DNA of 64,000 bases, taken from assembly GCA_017938885.1 (NCBI GenBank), contig JAGBAS010000116.1, positions 2,760-66,759 of the forward strand, given 5' to 3'. The notes under the pieces were generated by a model. It ran no database searches. It saw only the letters and a list, made by a program, of their open reading frames with translations, and was not told the origin of the DNA. Positions 10,468 to 20,010 of this stretch are shown piece by piece (within the stretch, counting starts at the first letter, position 1; each line of letters starts with the position of its first letter). The stretch comes from Clostridia bacterium. GTDB lineage: Bacteria > Bacillota > Clostridia > Oscillospirales > CAG-272. Position numbers and translations under genes: made by a program.

Positions 10468-10496
10468 TTGACAAATTGGTGATTTTGTGGTATAGT
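10468..10496 (+). promoter_or_regulatory. Sigma-A-type promoter (TTGACA-17-TATAGT, TGn-extended)
   Basis: ttgaca at 10468-10473, a 17-nt spacer ending in tgg, and tatagt at 10491-10496. It sits ~150 nt upstream of rsmE. Confidence 0.7.
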
Positions 10497-10653
10497 ATTT
10501 TCGACAACAAGACGGAAATGTTTGTGAATTGTCACTATGGCCCGCAAAACCTCCGTCAAAACCCACGAAAACCCCGATCTTGCCCGCCCCGCGACCCGCA
10601 AGTCGGGTTTTCTGTCCGCATAACGAGCTTCAAAAGGGAAAGGAGTGAGACCC

Positions 10654-11415
10654 GTGCCGCGTTTTTTCATAGAGCCCTCCGATGTCCGTGACGGAACCGT
10701 CACACTGACGGGGGAAAACGCTCATCACGCCTCCTATTCCCTGCGGCTTGCCCCCGGAGACAGGATAAAAGTCTGCGACCAGCAGACCGCCTACCTCTGC
10801 GAGATGGTCTCCTTCGACGGGGAGACCGCTACGGCCCGGGTGCTCTCCTCCTCCCCTATTGACACCGAGCCCCCCTTTGCCGCGCGCCTCTACCAAGCCC
10901 TCCCCAAGGGAGATAAGCTGGATACCATCATCCAGAAGGCGGTGGAGTGTGGTGTGTGCCAGGTCATTCCCTTTGAGTCCGGCCGTTGTATCGTCCGTGC
11001 CAAGCCCGAGGCCGAGGCAAGAAAGACCGAACGACGGTGCCGTATCGCCGAGGAAGCCGCCAAGCAGTGCGGGCGGGGGATTATCCCAACCGTCAAGCCT
11101 ACGGTTCCCTTCAGCGAGGCTCTGAAGGCCGCCGAGGGAGCCGACCTTGTCCTGTTCTGCTACGAGGGAAGCACGGTTACCCCTCTGCCTGTTCTGGTCG
11201 AGCAGGCAAGACCCCGGCTGGATGCCATCCTCGCCGAGGGCCGTACCCCCGAGATCGCCATTTTCGTAGGCAGCGAAGGAGGCTTCTCCCCCGAAGAAGC
11301 CGAGACCGCCCGCGCCCTGGGCTTTGCCATGACGGGGCTGGGCAAGCGTATCCTGCGCACCGAGACCGCCTCGGGCTTCGTCCTGAGCTGTCTGATCTAT
11401 GCCCTTGAACTTTGA
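10654..11415 (+). CDS. rsmE: 16S rRNA (uracil1498-N3)-methyltransferase RsmE
   Basis: Starts MPRFFIEPSDV (GTG at 10654, 9 nt after GGAG; the ORF track begins at 10645). The C-terminal region FVGSEGGFSPEEAE...GLGKRILRTETA fits the family. Confidence 0.85.
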   Translation: MPRFFIEPSDVRDGTVTLTGENAHHASYSLRLAPGDRIKVCDQQTAYLCEMVSFDGETATARVLSSSPIDTEPPFAARLYQALPKGDKLDTIIQKAVECGVCQVIPFESGRCIVRAKPEAEARKTERRCRIAEEAAKQCGRGIIPTVKPTVPFSEALKAAEGADLVLFCYEGSTVTPLPVLVEQARPRLDAILAEGRTPEIAIFVGSEGGFSPEEAETARALGFAMTGLGKRILRTETASGFVLSCLIYALEL

Positions 11416-11503
11416 ATCCCGCTGATCTTTCTTTCGTACCTGCTTCCGCGCGGCGGATGAAAATATTATAAGTATGTAAATAAACAAAGAGAGGTAAAAG
11501 TCT

Positions 11504-12589
11504 ATGTCTAACAGACTGTTCCAGAGCGTGATCCACCAAATGAAGGATGCGGTTGACCGCACCATCGGCGTCATCGACGAGACCGGCGTCATCATCGCCT
11601 GCTCCGAGCTTGTCAAGATCGGTGAAGTCCGCCAGAGCGTCCGCGACGAGCTGGCCTACACCACCGATATGGTGGTATCGGGCGGCTTTACCTACCGCCC
11701 TCTGTCGGGCGGTACCAAGCGCGAGTACATCGTTTTCGTGGAGGGCGAGGACGCCGAGGCTGATAAGACCTCCCGCCTTTTGTGCATCGCCCTGGGCAAT
11801 ATCAAGAATCTCTACGACGAGAAGTATGACAAGGGATCCTTCATCAAGAATATCATTCTGGATAACATCCTGCCCTCGGATATCTATATCAAGTCCAAGG
11901 AGCTGCATTTCAACGCAGAGGAATGCCGCGTGGTCTTCCTGGTCAAATTCATGGGCAAGACCGACATGATGCCCTTCGAGATGCTCCAGAATATGTTCCC
12001 CGACAAGGCACGCGATTACGTCATCAGCGTGGGCGAGCACGACATCGTTCTGGTCAAGGAGGTCAAGGCCGGCTCCGAGAACCGCGATATGGAAAAGGTC
12101 GCCACCAACATCGTGGATACCATGTCCTCTGAGTTCTATACCAAGGTCTCCGTGGGTGTTTCCACCATTGTGGACAACATCAAGGATCTGGCCCGCGCCT
12201 ACAAGGAGGCTCAGATCGCGCTGGACGTTGGCAAGGTCTTCGAGAACGAAAAGAGTGTCGTCAGCTACGAGAACCTGGGCATCGGCCGTTTGATCTACCA
12301 GCTTCCCACCACCCTCTGCGAGATGTTCCTCCAGGAGGTCTTCAAGAAGGGTAGCCTGGAGTCCCTGGACCGCGAGACCCTCATGACCATCCAGTGCTTC
12401 TTCGAGAACAACCTCAACGTCTCCGAGACCTCCCGTAAGCTCTTCGTCCACCGCAATACCCTGGTGTACCGCCTGGAGAAGATCCGTAAGCTGACGGGTC
12501 TGGATCTCCGCGAGTTCGAGCACGCCATCACCTTCAAGGTGGCCCTTATGGTCAAGAAGTACCTCAGCTCCAAGCCCTCCAAGTATTAA
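11504..12589 (+). CDS. PucR/CdaR-family transcriptional regulator
   Basis: C-terminal HTH NVSETSRKLFVHRNTLVYRLEKIRKLTGLDLREFEH. Confidence 0.8.
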   Translation: MSNRLFQSVIHQMKDAVDRTIGVIDETGVIIACSELVKIGEVRQSVRDELAYTTDMVVSGGFTYRPLSGGTKREYIVFVEGEDAEADKTSRLLCIALGNIKNLYDEKYDKGSFIKNIILDNILPSDIYIKSKELHFNAEECRVVFLVKFMGKTDMMPFEMLQNMFPDKARDYVISVGEHDIVLVKEVKAGSENRDMEKVATNIVDTMSSEFYTKVSVGVSTIVDNIKDLARAYKEAQIALDVGKVFENEKSVVSYENLGIGRLIYQLPTTLCEMFLQEVFKKGSLESLDRETLMTIQCFFENNLNVSETSRKLFVHRNTLVYRLEKIRKLTGLDLREFEHAITFKVALMVKKYLSSKPSKY

Positions 12590-12646
12590 ACCTCACAGCC
12601 GCAGTTTTTCGTATATTTCGCGGGTACATAGACGTATACTATACCT

Positions 12647-14356
12647 ATGCCCGTACCCATCCCCATCCCTGTGCGTAATAAGGATCAATTACCTTTCATG
12701 AAACAAGTTACCTATGAAATCCGAGGTCTGGTCATCGAGACCATGATCCCTGCCATCGTAGCATCCTGCGAGAGTCTTGCCGGGATCCGCAACGTCCGCG
12801 TGACGGTCAAGGATACCGATACCGCCCTCCTGACCCTGGTGGTGGAGGGGGAGATCACCGATGCCCTGGAGCGTGATTTGAGCCATATCATGACCGCCAA
12901 GGGGCTGGAGCTGGTCACGCCTGCCGCCGAGGGAGAGCCTGTGCCCCCCCCCGAAGAGCCCTCCGCAGGCAAGGGAGATAGCCAAGGCTCTGCATATACG
13001 GCTCAAACGCCCCCCGAAAAGGGCAAAAAGATCAGCCTGACCGCCGCCCTCTCCACCGTCATCGTCTCGGTGGTGCTGGCCGTTCTGTTGACCTTCTCCC
13101 TGACCACCTCCTATATGAAGAACAATACTCCCACTACGGTCACGCCCGGACAGGGGGAGGCCGAGGAGGGGCCGTTCGATCAGATCGAGATCATCGACCG
13201 CCTGTTCCGCTCGGCTACCGTGCTGGAGCTGGACGACGAGGCCTTGCTCGCGGGTGTGTTGAAGGGCTACGTCGCCGCTACGGGTGACGTGTACGCCGAG
13301 TACTTCACCGCCGAGGAATACGCCGACCAGAACGCCGCCAACAATGGCGAGATGTGCGGTATCGGCGTCAGCGTGGTCAACGGTACCCTGACCCTGGACG
13401 GTGTGACCTACCAGGTGGTGACCATTGCCAACGTCTACCCCGATTCCCCTGCTGAAGCCGCCGGCGTTTTGCCCGGAGACCACATCATGTATATCGGCAA
13501 AGGCGAGGACAAGGTCACCGTTCATTCGGTAGGCTATACCGAGGCGCTCAACCGCATGAAGGGCGAGGAGGGCACCGAATGCGCCTTTACCGTCCTGCGC
13601 CGTCCGGCAGGTGCTTCCGAGGGCGAGCCCTACGAGGAGGTGGAGATCACCGCCATCCGGGAGAAGTTCACCACCCGCTCGGTCACCTTCCGCCGCTACA
13701 GCGAGGACGAGACCGTGGGCATTATTCGTCTGACCGGCTTCGACAACACCACCCGCGACCAGTTCGTAGAGGCGGTGGAGACCCTCAAGAGCGAGGGATG
13801 TCAATCCTATGTTCTTGATCTGCGCGGCAACCCCGGAGGTCTTTTGTCTTCGGTGGAGGATATTCTGGTCTTCTTCCTACAGGAGGATGACGTCATCATC
13901 ACTACCAAGAACGCCGCGGGCAAGGAGACCAGCGATACGGTCACCCGGAACAAAGCGGGCAACCTCCTGTGCGGCACGGGTCAGCTCACCGCCGAGGACA
14001 TCGGCAAGTACCGCGACCTCAAGATCTCGGTGCTGGTCAACAAGTATTCCGCCTCCGCCGCCGAGCTGTTCACCTCCAACATTCGCGACTATGAGCTGGG
14101 TACGATCGTGGGTACCACCACCTACGGTAAGGGCTGCGGACAGACTACCTACTCCCTGTCCCGCTACGGCTACGACGGTGCCCTGAAGCTCACCACCTTC
14201 TACTACTCCTCCCCCAAGGGCGACTACTACGACGGCGTGGGCATCACTCCCCACATGCAGGTCGAGCTGTCCGAGGAGGCTCAGAAGTATAACATTAACC
14301 TCCTCCCCGACAATCTGGATAACCAGCTGGCGGCTGCGGTGGACGCAATGAAGTGA
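12647..14356 (+). CDS. S41-family C-terminal processing peptidase with an N-terminal ferredoxin-like domain and a TM anchor
   Basis: PDZ region (GIGVSV..VYPDSPAEAAGVLPGDHIM). Catalytic region LDLRGNPGGLL ... NKYSASAAELF. An alternative start exists at 12698 (MKQVTYEI). Confidence 0.8.
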   Translation: MPVPIPIPVRNKDQLPFMKQVTYEIRGLVIETMIPAIVASCESLAGIRNVRVTVKDTDTALLTLVVEGEITDALERDLSHIMTAKGLELVTPAAEGEPVPPPEEPSAGKGDSQGSAYTAQTPPEKGKKISLTAALSTVIVSVVLAVLLTFSLTTSYMKNNTPTTVTPGQGEAEEGPFDQIEIIDRLFRSATVLELDDEALLAGVLKGYVAATGDVYAEYFTAEEYADQNAANNGEMCGIGVSVVNGTLTLDGVTYQVVTIANVYPDSPAEAAGVLPGDHIMYIGKGEDKVTVHSVGYTEALNRMKGEEGTECAFTVLRRPAGASEGEPYEEVEITAIREKFTTRSVTFRRYSEDETVGIIRLTGFDNTTRDQFVEAVETLKSEGCQSYVLDLRGNPGGLLSSVEDILVFFLQEDDVIITTKNAAGKETSDTVTRNKAGNLLCGTGQLTAEDIGKYRDLKISVLVNKYSASAAELFTSNIRDYELGTIVGTTTYGKGCGQTTYSLSRYGYDGALKLTTFYYSSPKGDYYDGVGITPHMQVELSEEAQKYNINLLPDNLDNQLAAAVDAMK

Positions 14357-14362
14357 TCCCGT

Positions 14363-14386
14363 CGGAGCGGGCATATGCCCGCTCCG
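14363..14386 (+). terminator. Perfect 24-nt palindromic hairpin after the S41 peptidase gene
   Basis: cggagcgggcat|atgcccgctccg lies 7 nt after the stop. There is no clear U-tract. Confidence 0.5.
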
Positions 14387-14452
14387 AAAGGGCGTATTCG
14401 GAGAAATATCCCCACATATTTTACAATTTTCCATTAAAGGAGACCAACTACC

Positions 14453-14941
14453 ATGGCAGAGAACATCAAGCAAATGTATACCAAGCAGGGCTATCAGGAC
14501 CTGGTTGACGAGCTGAAATACTTAAAGCTGACGAGACGCGAGGAGATCAAGGAGCAGATCGCCGTTGCCCGCGGCTTTGGTGACCTTTCCGAGAACGCCG
14601 AGTACGACGAGGCCAGAAACGAGCAGGCCAAGGTCGAGGCTCGCATCCAGGAGCTGGAGGCCCTAATCGAGAACGCCGAGATCATCGACGAGAGCGCGAT
14701 GGATGTCCGCTCCATCAGCTTGGGCTCGGTGGTCAAGCTCTACGACGAGGACTTTGAGGAGGAGATCACCTACAGCATCGTGGGCTCCAACCAGGCAGAC
14801 CCCCTGGAGCAGAAGATCTCGGATCAGTCCCCCATCGGCCGCGCCCTCATGGGCAAGAAGGCAGGGGATAAGGTTACCGTCACCGCACCCGCAGGGGAAT
14901 TGCACTTCAAGGTTCTGGAAGTCACTCGCGCCAACCACTAA
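14453..14941 (+). CDS. greA: Transcription elongation factor GreA
   Basis: YQDLVDELKYLKLTRREEIKEQIAVARGFGDLSENAEYDEARNEQ, plus a C-terminal ISDQSPIGRALMGKKAGDKV. Confidence 0.95.
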   Translation: MAENIKQMYTKQGYQDLVDELKYLKLTRREEIKEQIAVARGFGDLSENAEYDEARNEQAKVEARIQELEALIENAEIIDESAMDVRSISLGSVVKLYDEDFEEEITYSIVGSNQADPLEQKISDQSPIGRALMGKKAGDKVTVTAPAGELHFKVLEVTRANH

Positions 14942-14957
14942 TCTGATTCAACATACA

Positions 14958-15020
14958 GGGGAAGGAAGGGACGCCCCACAATCGGCTGCACAACGCGAGC
15001 CGCGGCGGCCTTCCTTCCCC
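14958..15020 (+). terminator. Long-loop hairpin after greA
   Basis: ggggaaggaagg (14958-14969) pairs perfectly with ccttccttcccc (15009-15020). The following T-tract is weak. Confidence 0.45.
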
Positions 15021-15025
15021 TTGTC

Positions 15026-15118
15026 AATTCGTAATTCGTAATGAGGGAATGGCGGCTGTATGCAGAAAGCAAACTGTTCTTCCACGGAAAACAGCGGAAT
15101 CATGACGAATTACGAATT
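15026..15118 (+). promoter_or_regulatory. 14-bp perfect inverted repeat enclosing ~65 nt in the leader of the membrane-protein/DMT operon
   Basis: aattcgtaattcgt (15026-15039, itself a tandem AATTCGT) and acgaattacgaatt (15105-15118). Internal small helices are present (CUG-UAUG-CAG, CUGUU..AACAG). Confidence 0.5.
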
Positions 15119-15140
15119 CCCACATAGAAAGGAACCCATC

Positions 15141-15962
15141 ATGTCCAACTACAATGTCAACTACCGCCATAACCCCATCGAGCCCCCCGAGCCCGAGCGG
15201 GAGCCCCAAAACGACAGCGACAAGCTGGAGGCGGGCGACATCAAGGTCGCCTCCCCCGCCCTGCGCTGGCTGGATAATTTCTGGTATCACTATAAATGGA
15301 CGGTTATCGTGGTGGCCTTTTTCGTCACGGTTGCCGTGGTGGGTATCGTACAGATGGTGAACCGCCCAAGCTACGATACCTCGGTCTGTCTGGCCTCCAC
15401 CTATCGCCTGAATAAGGAGGAGCGCGCAGATTTCGCAGCCCTTCTGGAGCGGGTCTGCCCCGAGGACTTCAATGGGGACGGAGAAACCCTCATCAACATG
15501 GTGGAATACCAGATCTATTCCGAGGAGGAATTCAACGCTGAGGCAGATCGGTACGAGACCGTGACGAACGAAAACGGCGAGGCCGACCAGTTTCAGATCA
15601 ACCGCAAGTATAACTCGGACGAATACAACAATTTTTCCCGATTTACCATGACGGGGGAGACCTCGGTCTACATCCTCAGCCCCTATCTCTACGGCATCCT
15701 CCGCGACGCCGACCGCCTCAAGCCCCTCTCGGAGGTCTACACCGATGGGAATCTCCCTGCGGGTGCCCTCCCCGACGGCTTCGGCATCGCCCTGAAGGAC
15801 ACCGACTTCTACAAGTACAACCCCGCCGCCCAGGTCTACCCCGAAAACGCCATCCTCTGCCTCCATAAGCCCACCATCTCGGGACGGAGCAAGAACGAGG
15901 CCCGCTACGCCGAGGATATGGCGTTCTTCAAGGCCATTGCGGATTTTGAGGTTCGGGAATGA
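15141..15962 (+). CDS. Hypothetical single-pass membrane protein
   Basis: SD GAAAGGAA sits before the ATG at 15141 (the ORF track starts at 15060). One TM helix (WTVIVVAFFVTVAVVGIVQMV) is followed by a soluble domain. Confidence 0.65.
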   Translation: MSNYNVNYRHNPIEPPEPEREPQNDSDKLEAGDIKVASPALRWLDNFWYHYKWTVIVVAFFVTVAVVGIVQMVNRPSYDTSVCLASTYRLNKEERADFAALLERVCPEDFNGDGETLINMVEYQIYSEEEFNAEADRYETVTNENGEADQFQINRKYNSDEYNNFSRFTMTGETSVYILSPYLYGILRDADRLKPLSEVYTDGNLPAGALPDGFGIALKDTDFYKYNPAAQVYPENAILCLHKPTISGRSKNEARYAEDMAFFKAIADFEVRE

Positions 15963-16165
15963 TCCTTGATCCAGTCGTTGTCATCATCGCCTTCCTTCTG
16001 TGGCTGATGCTGATCATAGTATCCGTGATCCTTGAAGAGAGCTACGCCAAGCGGATCCCCGCCCACAAGCTGCGGTTTCCCCGTTACCTTGGAGCCGTGG
16101 GGATCGGTTTTCCTAACCATACCCTAAACGCCACCAATCCCAAGCAAAGGAACCCACCCCCATGA
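15959..16165 (+). CDS. Small membrane protein (68 aa), translationally coupled on both sides
   Basis: ATGA overlaps occur at 15959-15962 and 16162-16165. Hydrophobic helix VVVIIAFLLWLMLIIVSVIL. Confidence 0.5.
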   Translation: MILDPVVVIIAFLLWLMLIIVSVILEESYAKRIPAHKLRFPRYLGAVGIGFPNHTLNATNPKQRNPPP

Positions 16166-17094
16166 GATCCAAACTCACCGCCACCGTCATGCTCTTCACC
16201 ACCGCCATCATTTGGGGCTTCGCCTTCGTGGCCCAGGTGTTGGGGAGCGACCATGTGGAGCCCTTCACCTTCAACGGCATCCGCTTTATGCTGGGTGCCG
16301 CCTCCCTGATCCCCGTCTACTGCATTTTTGAAAAAGAGTCCGGTCTGACCCCCGCCGAGAAGAAGCAACGCCACAAGCATACCGCCCTGGGTGCTGTCTG
16401 CGGAGGCCTCTGCCTGTTCATCGCCTCGGCACTTCAGCAGTTCGGTGCCGATCTGACCCGCGACCCCGGCAAGGCTGGCTTCATTACGGGCCTGTACACC
16501 GTCCTCACCCCTGTGTTCTACTTTCTGATTTTCCGCAAGAAATCGGGCTGGAATATCTGGCTGGGTTGCATCCTCGCTACCGTGGGACTCTACCTCCTCT
16601 GCCTGCGCCCGGGCGAGGCTATCTCCTTCGGCCCGGGTGAGCTGGTGTTGCTCATCGGCTCTTTCTTCTGGGCAGGGCATATTCTGATCGTGGACCGCTT
16701 CATCGACCGCGTCTCCCCCCTGCGCTTCTCCTCCTGGCAGTTCTTTATCAGCGGCGCGCTGGGGCTTCTGGCGGGGGTGATCTTCGAGGACACCACCTGG
16801 AGCGGCGTGTGGAACGCCAAGTGGGCCATCCTCTTCTGCGGCATTCTGTCGGTGGGGGTAGCCTATACCCTCCAGGTCCTGGCTCAAAAGCGCTCCGACC
16901 CCACCTACGCCGCCATCATCTTCTCCACCGAGTCGGTCTTCGCCGCCATCGGCGGGATCCTCTGGAACCTCGCCACCCCCGAAAGCTTCCATGTGGACCA
17001 AGAGATATTGCCCATTGGGTATCTGGGATGCCTCATCATCTTCGCGGGCATTATCTTGTCGCAGTTGAACCTCACCAAAAAGAAGCAGGCGTGA
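16162..17094 (+). CDS. DMT-superfamily (EamA-like) transporter
   Basis: About 10 predicted TM helices in two EamA-like halves (TTAIIWGFAFVAQ.., FCGILSVGVAYTLQVLAQK). Confidence 0.85.
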   Translation: MRSKLTATVMLFTTAIIWGFAFVAQVLGSDHVEPFTFNGIRFMLGAASLIPVYCIFEKESGLTPAEKKQRHKHTALGAVCGGLCLFIASALQQFGADLTRDPGKAGFITGLYTVLTPVFYFLIFRKKSGWNIWLGCILATVGLYLLCLRPGEAISFGPGELVLLIGSFFWAGHILIVDRFIDRVSPLRFSSWQFFISGALGLLAGVIFEDTTWSGVWNAKWAILFCGILSVGVAYTLQVLAQKRSDPTYAAIIFSTESVFAAIGGILWNLATPESFHVDQEILPIGYLGCLIIFAGIILSQLNLTKKKQA

Positions 17095-17118
17095 AGCCTT
17101 GACCGAAAGGAGCCTCCC

Positions 17119-18978
17119 ATGCAGGATCTGATCCCCACCCGAGCCCTCCACTTCCTCGGCAACGGCCGCGTAGCCATGGCAGGAGACGGCGCCGATATCG
17201 TCCAGCTCTTCGCCCCCTGCTACTCCCTGCCCAGCGTCCTGACCCTCCGCCTCACCGACCCTACGGTCAGCACCCAAAGCTACCGCATCGGTGGCTCGGC
17301 GGGCTATCTCACTAAGCTCACCCGAAACGGCAATCCTGTGGGGGAGATTACCGACTACACCCACCCCACTCTCCCCGTCTTCATCCGCCGTCTGACCCTC
17401 ACCGCCCCCCTGACCTTCGCGCTGGACTCCCCCTTCCCCAAGACCAACACCGATGCTGTCTACGGGGGCTGCGCTAAGTCCTACCTCTTCGAGATCCCCG
17501 ACGGGACCGTGGTCTTCTCCAAGTCCAAGACCGACAAGGAGACCTACTGCCAGCTCCTCCTCTCGTCCAACTGCGAGATCGAGGAGGGAAGCATCACCTT
17601 CCCCGCAGGGCAGTCTCACTTGATCTTCGTGGGTGGTGACTACGGCGAATTGGGAACGGCCAGCTTCGCGGGCTGCATGACTCTCTCGGAGTCCATGCTT
17701 ACCGCCGACCTCAAAGAAATCTACACCGACTTCCTCGCCCATTGGGGTGAGATTTTCAACTCCATCAAGGTGGATCCCGTCGCCCTGTCCCCTGTCCCCT
17801 CCGCCGACGAGCTGATCGAGTCGGTAGCCGCCGCCCTCATCACCCAAACCTCGGCGGAGGGCGGTGTCATCGCGGGAGCCTTCTACCATCTGGCCTACGG
17901 ACGGGATATGTACGGTGTTTTTCGCGGCTACATGGCCCTGGGTCTGCATGACTACGCCCGCCGCATGGTGGCCTATATGTGCGACACCTACCGTGAGAAG
18001 GGCTTCATGCCCAACGCCTCAGGCATGGGGATGTCCTGCTCCCACCGCCACGAGAACGACGAGGTGGAGCAGACGGGCTACTACCTCTTGGAGCTGCTGG
18101 ACTACGCCGACCGGACGGGGGACGTGGAATTCCTCCGCGACCGCATGGATTACGCAAGCTACCTCCTCACCGCCCAGGAAAAGCACCTCAAGGGTGGCAC
18201 GATCCCCTTCAACGGCGACGAGACCTACATAGCGGGGGGCCTCTTCCCCCGAAGCGGCATCGACCACGGCTCCATGGAGGCCACCGCCCTCTACGTCGGC
18301 TCGGCCACCCGCCTACTGGACGCCTGCGAGAGGTACGGTCTTATGCCCCCCGCCGAGATCGCCGCACACCGCGTTAAGGTAGCGGAGGCCCGCGACCGCT
18401 TCACCGAGAACTTCACCGATGGGGATACCGTCTACATCAATGATCCCCGTCGCGCCGAGATCGGTGATGCTCCCACCTACCGCCACGGTGTCTGCCACCG
18501 TTGTAACCTCATGACCAACCTCCTTCGCGCCCCCGAGGGCGGCTACCTATGCCCCGACTGCTATGGCAAAGCCCCCGCCCCCGTGACTTCTACACGCTAC
18601 AGCACCGACTGTGCCCTCTGGATGGCGGTTTTCGCGGGCTGTACCCTCCTTCCCGCAAGCACCCTCAAAGCCGCCCTCGCCCGCTCGGTGAAGTCCATCC
18701 GCAACAGCGGCTACGGGGCGACAAACCCCGCAAACACCGTGGGCTATGAGTACGGCGTCATCCTCTACACCCTGGCCCGCCTCCTCCCCGCCGCCGACCT
18801 CCCCGCCTACCGCGACTTGCTGGACGAGCTTCTCGCCGACCGCGTAGAGGGAGCCGTCTGGACGGAATACTACCGAAACGGCAGTCCCTCTCCCGCCTCC
18901 TGCCCCTACCGCCCCTGGGAGAGTGCCATCAACCTGTGCGGTATCCTCGCCTATCTTGAAAAGGCCGAGGAAGCCTGA
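17119..18978 (+). CDS. Hypothetical cytoplasmic protein, possibly an (alpha/alpha)6-barrel glycosidase-like fold, with an inserted CxxC..CxxC knuckle
   Basis: 619-codon ORF with SD AAAGGAG. The fold guess rests only on helical-repeat-like segments (YGRDMYGVFRGYMALGLHDYARRMVAYM, GYYLLELLDYADRTGD). Cys knuckle: CHRCNLMTNLLRAPEGGYLCPDC. Confidence 0.55.
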   Translation: MQDLIPTRALHFLGNGRVAMAGDGADIVQLFAPCYSLPSVLTLRLTDPTVSTQSYRIGGSAGYLTKLTRNGNPVGEITDYTHPTLPVFIRRLTLTAPLTFALDSPFPKTNTDAVYGGCAKSYLFEIPDGTVVFSKSKTDKETYCQLLLSSNCEIEEGSITFPAGQSHLIFVGGDYGELGTASFAGCMTLSESMLTADLKEIYTDFLAHWGEIFNSIKVDPVALSPVPSADELIESVAAALITQTSAEGGVIAGAFYHLAYGRDMYGVFRGYMALGLHDYARRMVAYMCDTYREKGFMPNASGMGMSCSHRHENDEVEQTGYYLLELLDYADRTGDVEFLRDRMDYASYLLTAQEKHLKGGTIPFNGDETYIAGGLFPRSGIDHGSMEATALYVGSATRLLDACERYGLMPPAEIAAHRVKVAEARDRFTENFTDGDTVYINDPRRAEIGDAPTYRHGVCHRCNLMTNLLRAPEGGYLCPDCYGKAPAPVTSTRYSTDCALWMAVFAGCTLLPASTLKAALARSVKSIRNSGYGATNPANTVGYEYGVILYTLARLLPAADLPAYRDLLDELLADRVEGAVWTEYYRNGSPSPASCPYRPWESAINLCGILAYLEKAEEA

Positions 18979-19013
18979 CCCTACCCCTCAAGCATGACAG
19001 AAAGGAACCACCC

Positions 19014-19946
19014 ATGTCCAACATCAAGACCTCCGTGGATCAGCTCATCGGCCACACCCCCCTTTTGGAGCTGACCCATATTGAAAAAGAATACGACCTC
19101 TCCGCCCGCCTCATCGCCAAGGTGGAGTCCTTCAACCCTGCCGGCTCGGTCAAGGATCGGGTGGCCCTGTCCATGATCGAGACCGCCGAGGCCGAGGGGA
19201 AGCTCGCGCCCGGTTCGGTCATCATCGAGCCGACCTCGGGCAATACCGGCATCGGTCTTTGCGCCGTGGCCGCCGCCAGGGGCTACCGCGCCATCATCGT
19301 CATGCCCGATACCATGTCGGTGGAGCGCGTGAAGCTCATGAAGGCCTACGGTGCCGAGCTGATCCTCACCGACGGTGCGGGGGGGATGGCCGCCGCCATC
19401 GCCAAGGCTGACGAGCTGGCCGCCGAAATCCCGGGTGCCATTGTGGCGGGGCAGTTTATCAACCCTGCTAATCCCGCCGCCCACGAGGCCACCACCGGCC
19501 CCGAGATCTGGGCAGACACCGACGGGGAGGTGGACATCTTCGTCTGCGGCGTGGGCACGGGCGGTACTATCACGGGCACGGGACGCTATCTCAAGACGCA
19601 GAAGCCCGACCTCAAGGTCATCGGTATGGAGCCCGCCGGCTCTGCGGTACTGTCGGGCGGAAAAGCAGGCCCCCACGGCCTCCAGGGCATCGGCGCGGGG
19701 TTCGTGCCCGAGGTGCTGGATGTGAGCGTCATGGACGAGGTGGTCACCGTCACCGAGGAGGAGGCTTATGCCGCAGGGCGGTTGCTTGCCCGCCGTGAGG
19801 GCATTCTGGCTGGGATCTCCTCGGGAGCGGCGTTGCACGCGGCCATTGAGGTGGCGGCGCGGCCCGAGAATACCGGCAAGACCGTGGTGGTGCTGTTGCC
19901 TGACACGGGGGACAGATACCTTTCTACTCCTTTGTTCGGGGAGTGA
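19014..19946 (+). CDS. cysK: Cysteine synthase A (O-acetylserine sulfhydrylase)
   Basis: LIGHTPLLEL..KVESFNPAGSVKDR (PLP lysine motif), TSGNTGIGLA-like (TSGNTGIGLC), GVGTGGTITG. Confidence 0.95.
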   Translation: MSNIKTSVDQLIGHTPLLELTHIEKEYDLSARLIAKVESFNPAGSVKDRVALSMIETAEAEGKLAPGSVIIEPTSGNTGIGLCAVAAARGYRAIIVMPDTMSVERVKLMKAYGAELILTDGAGGMAAAIAKADELAAEIPGAIVAGQFINPANPAAHEATTGPEIWADTDGEVDIFVCGVGTGGTITGTGRYLKTQKPDLKVIGMEPAGSAVLSGGKAGPHGLQGIGAGFVPEVLDVSVMDEVVTVTEEEAYAAGRLLARREGILAGISSGAALHAAIEVAARPENTGKTVVVLLPDTGDRYLSTPLFGE

Positions 19947-20010
19947 GGGGATCGTTGTGGGTTGGTAAATTGGGGTTTATAGGGATGTTGATTCTTGTTG
20001 CCCTTAGGGG

